Below are positions 22,518 through 35,441 of a stretch of DNA of 64,000 bases, in pieces (the first letter of the stretch is position 1; every line of letters begins with the position of its first letter). The stretch is from Takakia lepidozioides (lineage: Eukaryota > Plantae > Bryophyta), in contig CM060731.1 in the NCBI GenBank assembly GCA_030704615.1, forward strand, positions 42,036,001 to 42,100,000, written 5' to 3'. The notes under the pieces are model-generated. The model ran no database searches. It saw only the letters and a program-made list of their open reading frames with translations, and was not told the DNA's origin. A program made the translations under genes and the position numbers.

Positions 22518-24401
22518 CAAATGCGTCTAGCTACTATCTTAAGACAAGTAAGAAAATACAATCCCAAACAATGGTGAAGTAAATGTTTTTGCAACAGCTC
22601 TAATCTAGTCTCCGTTTGTATACTTCTTACCGTCTACAACTAAAAAAAAACTGTGTCTGAATGCTTTGACCCATGGCACTCCTAGGCATCTTCCGGGACA
22701 CGAGTGTCGTTGCCTCTTGCCTCATGGACAACTGAAGCTGTTCAAAATCAAGAAAGTTGGAAATCTTTGCAGTCATTAATTCTTACAGCTTCTAAATGAC
22801 AGTGACTAAATTAAAAGACTGATGAAAGTTAATGTACAGACACTCACATGCGCAGGGACTTCCAGAGATGAAATATGATCAAAGTTCATGACAGAGGCAT
22901 CATCCTTCTTACAGGTGCAATCAAACACTAACATTATGCAGTCTGCCAAGCTTCAGAGATTATCTTAATCCACAAAGTGGAACCGGCTCGCGAGATCATT
23001 GTATCTGCTGATGAGGAAGATCTCCCCTACACAATCTGCAAGACTTTGTGGATTCTTGGAGATGAAGCTCATGTACCATGCGACATATCGTGTTCGGTAG
23101 TGGAATGTGGAGCCATAGGTGTAGCGATGGATCAACGACTGGAGCAAGTATTGGTGGATTTCCTGGGAACTTACGAAGGAACCATCAAGGCGCTCAGCGT
23201 CTCGGTGCGACTCAACAACTACCTTCAAGCTTCTTTGGAAATTGAGCGGGATGAATTGAGAGCCGCTGCGAGGGAGGCAAGGGAGACAAGGGAAGTGAGG
23301 GAGGCGCTGAGGGAGGATTTTAGGCTCCTCCAGGAGAGGATAGAGTATTTCAGGTTGATTCCCTTTTTTATGGAAAACGCGAACTAAAAATCATAGCAGG
23401 AGAGATTATAAATCGCGTATGTCTTGGGGGAGGGCGAAGTGCATTTCATACGCGATTTATAATCTCCCTTGCTACGATCTTTAATTCGCGCTTTCCAAAA
23501 AAAAAAGAATCAACCTGAAATACTCTATTCCCCTCTTGGAAGAGCCTAACATCCTCCCTCAGCGCCTCCCTCTTCTTCCTCAGCTCCCTCGCAGCGGCTC
23601 TCAATTCATCCCGCTCAATTTCCAAAGAAGCTTGAAGGTAGTTGTTGAGTCACACCGAGGCGCTGAGCGCCTCGATGATTCCTTCATAAGTTCCCAGGAA
23701 ATCCACCAATACTTGCTCCAGTCGTTGATCCATCGCGTCACAAGTGGACCACCGCACCCTCCACCACACCCGCGTTGTGCCTTAATCTCTCAAGCTACAC
23801 CTATGGCTCCACATTCCACTACCGAACACGATATGTCGCATGGTACATGAGCTTCATCTCTAGGAATCCATAGAGTCTTGCAGATTGTATAGGGGAGATC
23901 TTCCTCATCAGCAGATACAATGATCTCGCGAGCCGGTTCCACTTTGTCGATTAAGGTAATCTCTGAAGCCTGGCAGACTGCATGATGTTAGTGTTTGTTT
24001 GCACCTGTAAGAAAGATGATGCCTCTGTCATGAACTCTGATCATATTTCATCTCTGGAAGTCCCTGCGCATGTGAGTGTCTGTACATTAACTTTCATCAG
24101 TCTTTTAATTTAGTCACTGTCATTTAGAAGCTGTAAGAATTAATGACTGCAAAGATTTCCAACTTTCTTGATTTTGAACAACTTCAGTTGTCCATGATAC
24201 AGGAGGCAATGACACTCGTGTCCTGGAAGATGCCTAGGAGTGTCATGGGTTAAAGCATTCAGAAACAATTTTTTTTGAGTTGTAGACGGTAAGAAGTGTA
24301 CAAATGGAGACTAGATTAGAGTTGTTGCAAAAACATTTGCATCACCATTGTTTGGGGTTGTATTTTCTTACTTGTCTTAAGATAATAGCTAGACTCATTT
24401 G
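22518..24401. repeat. Long inverted repeat (fold-back), arms 22518-23421 and 23447-24401, 25-nt loop
   Basis: Centre reads ..GATTATAAATCGCGTATG-[tcttgggggagggcgaagtgcattt]-CATACGCGATTTATAATC.. Outer ends are CAAATGCGTCTAG and CTAGACTCATTTG. The arms differ mostly by transitions and one ~55-60-bp indel. A third partial copy lies at ~22308-22508. Confidence 0.97.
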
Positions 24402-27400
24402 TAGTCAAAAGTCCTGTTGGGTTTATGTAGCAAGAGCAAAAAAGAGGTGACCTATGGTTTGGAATTTTATACTACTCCTGGTGGCCCACAAGAGACTGGT
24501 TTCTAACACTTGGCCACTGTGGAACTAACCCCAGCAGTAGTAGAATGGTATTGTAAATGAGATGTGACAGAATACAAGTCCCTTGAAGAGCCCAGATCTG
24601 ACAATAGATTCTACACTTCAGACTAATATCATGATGAAACAAATTGATGCATGGGGGAAGAGTTGGACTACATAGAGATGTGTATATTGGGAAAGAGAAG
24701 TGAGATGAAATGGTGCTTTATAACGTCCGCGGAAAGCCCATAAAGCTTATGGGACAAAATGGAAGAAAACATGTGAGGGGAAACAAATTAGAGAGGGATT
24801 GGATTGCACATGTCAAGACTATGACAGCTTTTCATAAACCTGCAGCAAGCTTTTGTTTCTAATTGTGTTTAACAAAGGTAGATCCTGGCTGTTTTGATTG
24901 TAACAGGCTGCTAGTTCAATGTGTGATGATCATTGAGCTTGTAGCTTGGAATATAGTACCAGTGAAAGGTGACCCACACTAGTCATAAGGCACATGCCAG
25001 AACAGAACCAAAATGAGACTGCAATCCTCCCACACCATGTGCCCACCGAACATGTAATACAGTATCCACCAATACCACGCCTACCTTGGGTGAAAATCCA
25101 TATCTGCCCATTCACTTGGAAGGAATCATCCAAATGCAGATTGGATATGAGGGAAGGACAGGTGAATACTAGTCAAAACCTCAACACCCACAGTACATAA
25201 TGCGGCACAGGAGGATGGAAAAGAAATGTACTACATGGCGAACACAGAAAACCCATAGGATGTGTTCCGCAAACCCCACTGCACCATGTAGGTAAGTTGC
25301 TATCCACCTTTGGCACTCTAGGAGGCATAAATTTTCTGGCGACTTGACTGGGCCTAACCCACTACCATGGCTTCCAGATTTTCTGCTTAATTTGCATTGC
25401 GTCACACTCCTATCAGAAAGCTTTGACAATGTTGTTCTGTCGCTTAGAGTGTCCCGTCTGTTACTTTTCCGGATGTTTGCAACCTGTGGGCCTTCTTCTG
25501 AGTGTCTCTGCCTACTGCCACATGAAGTCCGTCCAACCGTCGAATCATTATCTTTCCACTATTCTGGGGTGTCCTGGTGCCCAGTTTGCATAAATCTGCT
25601 CTCAGATGTCTCAAATACACGTCTCAGGGTCATGATGCAGTGACTGCTCAGACTTGGAATGGCAAGTGAAAGGTTGTCTGGCACAACAGCTGGTGATGCT
25701 GCTGCGAGGGCCCAGGATAGTGTTCACTGAGGAAGTTGGAAAGAAACTGCAACAACCACACACCTATGTGAGCCTTCCCACCAGTTTGAGGCTTTCTGTC
25801 TCCATTCATTATGTGAGCCCTCGAACTAGTTAAGGGTTTTTGTCCTTTTAAGGATGGGTTTGCGACCATTAATTAGAAACACCGCTATTTATATTGCGAA
25901 TCATGGCTTATCAAGGCAGAAAGACAGTGTGAAAACATATGATGCCCTATCAAAGCAAAGCAATCTCGCCATGTCCAAAACCAAGGTCTGTCTTTGTAGG
26001 TGTCTGGCTGTTCACTGGTAGATGTGCAAGGATCTGGGACGCCTGCAAGTTTGGGTCACATTGAGTCAGTCCCGTCGATGCGAACAAGTGTGATTAAGCT
26101 GCTTGTGTTCAAATTTGCGTGGTCAAAATAAAATGTTAGGTGAAACAATGGGGAATATCTCTTCAGAGCTAAAGACCTTTATCTGGGTTTCAAACGACTC
26201 TTTTTTGAAGTGTTCCACATGTCAAAACCATAGAAACAATATGCTTTTGTTTAGCAGAGCAAGTTTACAAGTCTGTGTTCTGCAATTGAGTTGCTGGTCT
26301 ATGTCAGCTCAGCTAGGCAAAACCAAAAACTCCTGTGGTGTCTCTGTGAGCGTTGAAGTCCCCTGTATATATCTCCAGCCTGACTAACCTATGCAATGCA
26401 TCCTGTTCGAGTGGATGGAGCAGGATCAGATCAAGCCTGAAATAGATGACATGTGGTCACAGCTTCTTTGCAAAGGTGACCAAGTTTCCCATCACTCTCC
26501 ACCGTCTTTCAAAAGCCCTTCTTTATAGGTCAGATATTATTCTGCATTCAATATCTCAAAGTTGAATACGTTGCTCAAATTACATGGCTCTCTCATCTCC
26601 CAACTTAACTGTGTCTATTGGGAGAATTCATTTAAGAAGTTTGTAACTTTTCTCAAAATATTCCTTGGGGACTAAGCAACACTATTACCATTAGAAACAT
26701 TGTCAAGCAGAAGTGCTTTACGACATTCAACCTTTGTAATGGACGGAGACTACATCACTGTATCATTTGGTTGCTGTTGGATAGGTCCCAGTGCCCACTT
26801 TTGGGAGTTGCACGACAGTACCAGCAGGACCCTTCATGAAGAAGAAAGGGAGGTGAGCCACTGTCTCTATCAATGAGACAACAAATGTGGGCGACTTGGC
26901 CACACCTGGCACCAAACCAATGGCAGATCCAGAGAGTGAGCCATCCAACATACAATTGCCTGAAGACGACACAAAGTCACTCACCCATCTGAAGCATGAG
27001 TCAGGTTGGAAAGAAGGAGGTAGAATGTCAAGCATGTCCACCAGGGTATGTAGTTCTTCAAGAGATGCTGTTAGTGATAGACCAGGCCTTCCTGAGATGG
27101 GCAAGGGGAGCTCATCTCGAGGTGATTGGCCCAGCAACACTGTTAAATTTCCACACTCCATCATATTCAGATACCTCAAGTACAAGAGAGGGATATAGGC
27201 GAAGGGACGTGGAATCCACTCTCCGATCAGCAGCAGGTGAAGTCCAAGTCAAGTACAGGGGCACACCAGAAGACTGCAATTTTGAGGAACCAAAAGTGGC
27301 CTCAAGCAGGGTAGGGTATGGAGACCCTGAAAATACTCAAGGAGTACCTGTTGAGACGCAAGTTTCCCTCATGCAGGCCAAGTCTCAAGAAGGAAAATTT

Positions 27401-29402
27401 TCTGTGAAGCCCTCTTCAAGCGGGGAGCCAGTGTCAGAAAGTACACAGACCAAAGAGCATGACTTTGAATCCGATTTGACCTCAAGGGAGAAAACATCTC
27501 GAGGGAAGCTTACCTCCCAAAATCAGCACAAGGAGGGAGATTCTGGATTGGCGTCACGATCTGTATTTGATGAAAAGACTGAGGCGTGTCCGAGTGCTGT
27601 CACTCCACATAACCTCCATTCACTTTCAGACCAGCTGGGGCAGCACGTAGTGTCAGCAGAGAACTCTGTAGAGGGCACAAACTTGGCTGAAGTGGACAGA
27701 GAAATGAAATGAAATGAAATGGTGCTTTATAACGTCCGCGGAAAGCTCATAGAGCTTATGGGACATAATGGAAGAAAACATGAGAGAGGAACAAATCCAG
27801 AAACCACAATTACTGTTCTAGAGATTGTCTAAGGGTGAAGGCCTCGTGCAGGTAGGCTGCCAAGCATTTTTGATCCTCATAGTGGAAGACATCAGTGAGA
27901 GTTTGGGTTCCACTGAATAAACAGAAAGTGGAATCATAGAGAAAGTGGATGCCTTGATACCTGTACCTTGCAATAGATTTGAGACGTGGCTGTGGTTACA
28001 CTAATTTCACAAATTGTGTGTCAGATGTATTACTTTTTGTCCAAAAGTTTTCTTTTTTGTTTTTCTGGCAAGCTTCAACTGATTCAATTCCACATTTATG
28101 TTATCTAAGGGCTTGATGGTTTAAACTGCAGACACAGTGAATGGTTTTGGGTTCATTATAGCCCGGTGACCGTCTTGCAATGATGCTTCAATCTTCACAA
28201 AGCCGCCGAGATTTTGTTCAAGTTGCAGCTGAGCATGCTTATGGCCCTGGCCTTCCATATCAGATGCCCTCGCTTTCTTTTGGGATGTCAAGCCAGCCCC
28301 ATACATCAATGGTAAATCCCCCTGTGAGCAGATTGTTTCTAGCAGCAGGGAAGGGCTATGGAAATCTCAGACTCATTGGCATCCAACCCAGTGGGCAGAA
28401 ACCCCACCAACCTCTCCAGACTGCAGGTATCCTATGGTATTAGGTCGGTCTCTCTCTCCACTTCTTCATTAGAGGAGGAGAACCAGAAAACACATGTTTC
28501 TTTTCATGAAAACAAAAGAGCCCTGGCACCAGCTAATGAACTTGCATTCAATGAGTGCAGATCCACAGATCAACCAAGTGCAATGTAAGGGCTTTACCTG
28601 GCCCCCAGTACCCAGATGCCGCCCGCATGGCGCAATGTCAAATGCAATTCTCTGGTTTGTGTCTGAAGTTACTCTAGGCAACCTGCGCACCACAATCAAC
28701 ACAGTACCTCTACTAAAACTTTCCAGATTTTCTCACTTTTAAAACACTTCTATAGACACCTGATGTTTCGTAAGTCGGTACTGGAGACTCAGAGACAGAA
28801 ATGAAAGGATTGTTCTGGTTTGCGCCCTCCACAGGATGATGTTAATGCACACTGCAACCAGATCATAAATGTATAGCACTGATACTAGAACCTCTCCACT
28901 ACAATTCAACAAGGTGGATGAAGTAGACAGTCTGTAGTTCGCCAAGGGGGTATTGAACCCCACCGGACATTGCAAGAGTGCGAAGTCTCGTTAGAAGATA
29001 GATCCAGTGTTGATTACAAGGCTGTCTCCACAAACTAGACAGTATAGTACTGCTAAAATAGCAACTCACACATGCCCAGATAGGAGAAGTTACTTGTAGA
29101 CTATACGGCTTGTGGGGCAGCTTCACCCAATGGTACCGTCCTTTCAGCTAAGGCCATCTTAATCGCAGAGCTTGCTGCCCTGCTCTCCTTGTGATGCTTG
29201 CAAAGGGCACAGAACAGCTTCGCCAGTAATTCTCATATCGTGGACACTGGAGGAACAACAGGTCTCATAAGGTGAATCTATCTTTATTTAGAACGCGATA
29301 CAGCTCCTCAAAGAAGTGCTCAGACTGATTCTGGCGTGATAATATGCACTGTATTGTGTATTGAATCTTGGCCTCGTGGGCATGACAGAGTACATTCACC
29401 CC

Positions 29403-31725
29403 TTAAGGGATCTTGAGGAGTGAATGGAAGGCCTCTTGTGGAATATCTACCAACCCAACACGCTTCATCCATTTCTTGCCCTCCTTTTGCTTCTCCAATA
29501 GCTTTCTCTTGCAGCTCACATCCCCCCCATAGCACTGGGCCAGTACATTCTTCCTGCTGACAGCCTGTCCCATCAACCCCAGAGATGGTAATTTCACTCT
29601 TCCAAATGTACTTGGAAGTGTTCCGGGACAGAATAAAATAATTCAACGCATGGCAAGGAAAACAAATCAAAGCTATATCAATCATAAATGGATTGGGGAT
29701 TTTTTGACCAATTGGAGACATGAAAGTTGTACAATAACTTAAGAAAAGGCGACGGTTTAATGCAGGCAAATGCAACATCTACTCGATATGCAGACCCTTA
29801 TTTAAGGTGATACCTCATACATTAGGAGAGGAAAGCAGGCAACTCACTCTGCTTCTTCGTAGTCAAATGAGGCATATCCTGAAGTAATGCTCTTCAACTC
29901 ATTCTAAAAATCAATCACAACTTCACGCAATGGCAGTCTGTACTTCAGCATGGCCCACTGTCTGGACCCACCGATGAAACATAGAATCCATTTACTTCCA
30001 CCCAAATATATACACTGAAAAATGCGATCATTGGACCGTCTGCGAGAGCGTCATAGCCATAACCTGTCTTCATTTGGTTTGGAGGGATTTGCATGGCAGT
30101 TAAACAGCATGCATCATATATATTGATTGATGGGCTGTGACATACACTTCAGGGTATGCTTCTCAAAGAACACTACCCTCCCCTAGAAGTGGGGTTTAAG
30201 CACATCCAATTATTACAGTGTGGATACAACAGCTGGTATCCTGTCCCCGACACTGTCAGGTGATTACCTTGTCATACATGTGCCACATAAGAGTGTGTGG
30301 GTGTGTGTCCAGGTCAGATGGAAACAGACAAAACGAGAATTTCCTAGAGAGGACCAAGAACTTTATTAGGTCTATGGGGCACACTCCAACAATAAGAGAA
30401 CCAGAAAAACCCCAACCCCGCACATGTGGCACATGTGGATGGGTGTGGGCGTGAGAAAGAAATTGAGGGGAGAGAGAACACCAGCCAAAGTGCTGAAAAT
30501 ACGGGCTGTTGACGAAAGGAAAGTTACCCATCAACAAATGAGTACTCTGTTTGCTTGCCCCTCCTCTCGGAGCAAAGAGTCATCAAACTGCCTACGTATC
30601 TGCGGTGCAAGGACCCCCTCTGTGTTAACAGGGTCATGATGGAACAGACGGATGTGAGGTAAGAACAACAGGCAGCTCATCACAGCTCTTCCTCCAATGC
30701 AAAAGGAATGTACCTGGGAGTTGAACTATTGACAATGGATTGAGAGCAAAACACAAGGAGTTGCTTGAGTCTGCATGGCTTAATAATCCACTGCTTGAGG
30801 GACAAGCGGTTACTTGTTACAAAACCCTCTGTTATGCAAGTGAAGGGCTGCAACAAAACCCAAGGGAAACAGAGAGGAGCAAGGGGGCTTACTCACTGGG
30901 AGTGATAATGGTGGCCATCACTGTTGGTTCCCAGCACGTGAGAATTCGTTTCCCAGGATTTGATGGTAAAGCAGCAGGATTCGTAATGTCCACCTTGCTA
31001 CAAGAGACGATTGCCAGTCAAACTTGTCATGGACTGGGCCATCTGCAACAATAACTATTACTCATTCCATAAAGCAGGGAGGACAGCGTTTCAAATGCAC
31101 AACGCAATATGCAGCTGACATGGCATGATGTCATCCTCCATCCATCCCAATATTTTACCCCTGCTCCCTCCACTTAGGACTTTAGAGCAACTTACTCTGG
31201 CTCCTGGACTGTAAAACTATCCCATGATGTCACAACCCTGAATTGGACAAAGAACCCAAGATTGGCCAATAAAACAATCACTAATTTGTTGTCGTTTCCA
31301 GCAAACCTATGATGGATGGATGTCCAACATAGAGGGCCGGTGTCCCTGAACAAGTATCATATGCGATAACCCCAAACCAACTGAGATCTTGAGAAAGCAG
31401 CTCAATAAGTCCACGATTCCCTTCCGTCTGCATATTCAAAGACATAGGGCACGGTTGGGGTGGTTGTAATCACTTGAGCTCCATATTCCTGGCCAAACCA
31501 GCACCGGTAGAATGCATGGTCAGATGGATAATTTGGAAGAGATCCGTCATGGATTGAGCGTACAGGAAGCCAGAAACTTCAGCACATATTTCTAATAAAC
31601 TGAACCACCAACCACCAAGCTAGAGTGATGAAATGAGAGCAGATGAGTTGGCTAATTAAAGTCTAAAGGCTACACTTTTACCTGCTCCAATCGCAGATGG
31701 AAAACATCCATGTGAAGAACGCACC
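29403..31725 (-). pseudogene. GUF1: Translation factor GUF1/LepA (EF4), mitochondrial type, intron-containing 3' fragment
   Basis: Exon remnants in order: LHMDVFHLRLEQ (~31681-31720), EYGAQVITTTPTVPYVFEYADG (~31421-31490), VDITNPAALPSNPGKRILTCWEPTVMATIITPSE (~30893-30995), GSLMTLCSERRGKQTEYSFVDG (~30527-30595), [31 protein letters not shown] (~29848-29955, in-frame stop), [34 protein letters not shown] (29403-29560). The GTPase domain and some internal exons are absent. Confidence 0.88.
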
Positions 31726-31854
31726 TACACACATGGAAGCACGTCGAGCTCCGTAATGCTTGTGAAGAGATCACAACAAGATGAACTGGAGGAGGCTCAC
31801 AACCAAATGCCAATACAAAAGGTTCCTTGCAGCCAGGGCCTGTCAGGCCTCTTC

Positions 31855-32720
31855 CCACAATCGCCAACATTGTGTGGCCATCTCCTGATGATGAAGTTCC
31901 CTTTTGGAAACAAAATAACCTAAAACAAGGTGATTCAAAGGCAGTTGCAGTTGGCATGAGCTCATCAAAGGGCATATGCCTGGATAAGGATCTGGCATAC
32001 ATAATACACATGACATCAAAGATGGCCCCCTTGGCCAAAGTGGGGGATTTAGGGGATGTGCTAACTGGTCCTGCTCGGGCATGACTTGAAAGGGGACATA
32101 AAGTGGAGGTGATGCTACCTTTCTATGAGAAGAGACCTAAGGATGAGATCGAGGGCCTTGTTCCTGCCGTCTCATATTCATCATATCATAGGGGAGAATT
32201 GGGTGTCCATTCACATCTATCGTGACAAGGTCTTGGGAGTAGCCATTCTATTTGGAGCCAAACAAACAATTTTTGAAGGGGTCACAAATCTATGAAGGGT
32301 CTTATGATGACCTGGAAGCATATTTGTTTTTCAGCCGTGCCAGCCTTGAATGGATGCAAGTCTGAGCTGTTGCCCTTCACAATTTGATAACTTGACATGT
32401 TTGCTCCATCAGCCCCTTGTGAAATCGATCATATTACAATTAGGTCAGAAATGGAATTCATGCTTTCTACAAAGCTAGATACTAGATAGTGTAAAGATTG
32501 TTCGGACAAAAGTGTGGCTAGTTTGATATTGCTGCAGTCCAGAGGCCCAAACATTCAACCTTAGGAACTTTGTTCATTTGAGACCACTAACCCATCTATC
32601 TCACCCCACTTTTATTGTTCTTCTTATACACACAAATCACAAGAACCCAACCAGACATAATTCATATCCATGAGTGGCAAATCCTGGCAATGCTCTACTG
32701 GGACATGTACCACCACAATG
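31855..32720 (+). pseudogene. Starch synthase (GT5, SS4/SS6-like) N-terminal fragment
   Basis: IVWPSPDDEVPFWK; IIHMTSKMAPLAKVGDLGDVLTG (degenerate KxGGL) followed by an in-frame TGA; GHKVEVMLPFYE; GSYDDLEAYLFFSRASLEWMQV; QPDIIHIHEWQ; LYWDMYHH. Frameshifts are present. Confidence 0.85.
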
Positions 32721-33289
32721 GTGAATATACCAATTTCAGGCCTTTGCAAGACTATGTTGTATGAGTTTAATCAGCTGGAAGTAATCTCTGTACAATGTTT
32801 TTTTCAAAAGTGTATCCTTGGATATATGGTCGTTATCCTGAATTATATCAAAATGTTAATGTCCACACTAAACCTCGAAAATCTGGGCATGTGCAACACT
32901 TTAAATTGCAAGATATGCTTTAAATAAAGACAAAATAAACTATGAACGCCGGAACAAATATGCTTTAAAAAAACAACAATACTTTTTTCATGAAAACATT
33001 ACAAATGAAAATCCAAACAATTTGAAATCTAAACCAATCAAAAACAAAGATAAAAGAGAATTCATGTAAACAACATTCATAATCCAAATCTAGTTGTTGT
33101 ATCAAAACGAGCCACAATTTCTCTCTCTTTTGATGGATCTTTTTTTAGATTTTTTCCAAGGCAGTCCCCTTTCTCAGCCTCCATGGCTTGTCATGTGAGG
33201 TTATTTTCCCCTCAGCAATATATTTTGGTCTATCCCATACATTGTATTTTATTTGAAAAGAAAAACGAGCCACATAAGTTACCCACCTA

Positions 33290-33508
33290 GGGTTGGTAGC
33301 TTGGTTGGATAAGTGCACTGTGTGTCACCCTTGTAGGGTTCAAATCATACCACTTTGGTCCTGCGGGTCCTAACCGGTTGGTCTGGGGTGACGTTTCCCC
33401 TTGTGTGCCCAATGCCTTATCTTAAATGGGGTTAATTTTTCCCCTTCTCAAGGGTCTGAAATGTAAGCAGTCACTCCCAGGTTTCCTTTAAATATAATCT
33501 AAAAAAAA
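33290..33508 (+). mobile_element. tRNA-derived SINE, family 1
   Basis: A-box TAGCTTGGTTGG (33297-33308), B-box GGTTCAAATC (33337-33346), A-rich tail. The body ACCGGTTGGTCTGGGG..CTCAAGGGxCTGAA..GCAGTCAC is shared with 58853-59055. Confidence 0.75.
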
Positions 33509-34171
33509 CATTACCCTAAGTTAGATGGGTGACATGGGCCCAAAGCTGAAAAAACCATTGGCCCCTAATAGAAAAATCGATTCAAAAGCTGAGACAGATG
33601 CAAAATGGTTTCAACTGGACATGATCTTGTTACCTAACCTCCACCCAAAAAGACAACTGCTGCCCAATCCAAAAAATCTTTAAATCCCAAAAATCATTGT
33701 CGTTCAATGTGGAACAATATTATTAGGAACACAAATCTGTGAAGTTTCTGAAGGGTTTGGATGAAATGATAACAACCATCCATCTTGAGAATTATTGAAA
33801 ATAATATTTTGTCGATACTCTTATAAAGGTATCTTGTCGAAGTTGGGATGTCGGTTTGATAGATGTTTAATATATCAAACTCTTATACGTTGATACTCTT
33901 GCAGTGGTATCATATTTGATGTAGATACATAGCCATATTGGCACATTTTTATCACTTAGTACTTTGACATATGTGCCAACTTCAATATGATTTTGTAGGT
34001 CAATCATTTTTTTTCTTATTGTTTTTCTTTTTAGTTTCAAAACAAACACCCAGCCAAGCAATTGGCCCTTGAGGTGGGGAAAAAAACCCCCTTTCTTCGC
34101 CATGGAGGCATTATAGGGGTAGAGCCCAAGCCCAAAGGTAAGAGAGACAGATGACATGCTGATACACGAGT

Positions 34172-35441
34172 TCCCCTCTTAGCCTAGCTGGGGGCCTCCA
34201 AACCCTCAGTTGAACCACCGGTCGACCCCATTCACGTCGGTCATGCACACCATTTTTGGATGATCTACCCAGTACCTGACCCTCCATCACCTCGTCCAAT
34301 CCGCAACCTCCTTAAAACCCTCACTAAAGAAGCCAAAAAACAAGCCTCAACCTCTCTCAGCCATACTTCATATCAAAAAATGGACCCCTTCCAATGTCCT
34401 GCCACATAAATTATCAAACCACTTCTGGAACTCCAAAGCCGCCTCAGATGCACAAATAAGGCAAACACTCAAATTTAAATACGCCCAATATATGGGCCAT
34501 CAACACAAACACACCTTCTGGCCAACCCTATTCCCATCCCCACACTGCCCACTCTGCTCACACCTTTATTCTAAACGTGATACCTGGCCTCGTATTCTCA
34601 GCGAATGTCCACACCCTGTCATCCACGGGTTGCGAATCGCTCGTCATAATCACGCCATATGGCACATCCACAAACTTCTCTTACAATGTAGTGCAACTAG
34701 ATGGTTTACACTCATCAGCGCTGGCACCTACTAGGGTCGGCCTCCAGACCATACAGTACGTACTTGGCTCCTTCCACGTATCTGTCAACCTTGCGGGTCC
34801 TGCACATGCCCCGCTAAACTATGCCCGGGCATCCTCATAGTCCAGGGCCTCCCCCTTAACTCCCCCCCCCCTCATGCACCATCATCAGACATCACCATAC
34901 ATTTTATAAAATTCATATACTGCCACTGCTTCCCTAGCGCCTCTATTCTAGAAAAACGTAAAAAATACGCACCATTAATCGTTGGCATCCACCGACGAGG
35001 GTGGGGCACCGGCCCACTCACTGTCGTAACTACTGGCACCAGATGAGGCATCCATAATGCCAGCATCTCTACCCTTCAAAATAATTTTTAAATCCCTATC
35101 ACATCTATTCACAAATGTTTCAAAAGCAATACACCTCATCGCGCTCCGATCCCTCACTGCGATCATCACCAACAAACTACAAACTCGAATCCAGTCTCCC
35201 TCCCGCTTCCTAGGCACCTCATACGCCTCTGGGTACCACTGGTACCCGTGGGGCCCATGGGCCCACGAGTGCCAAGCGGCACCCTTCACCACTACTACCG
35301 TTCTCCCAATCTGCCCCAAGTATCTCCTAGGCCTCGATTTTTACATAGGGCCCACCTCTATTAAGGAGCAATAGCCGCAAAACAAAGTGGCTCTTATTTA
35401 CGCCGGCTTTGGCCGGAGTCTTCTTCTTCTCTCTTCTCTTC
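34172..35441 (+). mobile_element. 5'-truncated non-LTR retrotransposon with C-terminal CCHC and restriction-like endonuclease (Dualen/RandI-like)
   Basis: Degenerate ORF: SNHFWN..QIRQTLKFKYAQYMG..CPLC..DTW..LSEC..IARHNHA..(R)P(D)ILIVQG..FI(E)FIYC..K..KY..GW..VVTTG. There is a 3' CCGGC-TTTG-GCCGG stem, a (TCT)n tail and a 9-bp TSD TACACGAGT at 34163-34171 and 35442-35450. Confidence 0.8.

Noticed and set aside
26996-27712. 238-aa ORF as an intact gene, or a Myb-like motif near 27690-27780
   Set aside because: The coding-like signal switches frame and has upstream stops, no domain is recognisable, and the Myb resemblance needs several frameshifts.
33290-33350. tRNA genes (also 57430-57501, 58853-58900)
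   Set aside because: A and B boxes are present but there is no cloverleaf; they continue into repeat bodies with tails, so they are SINE heads.
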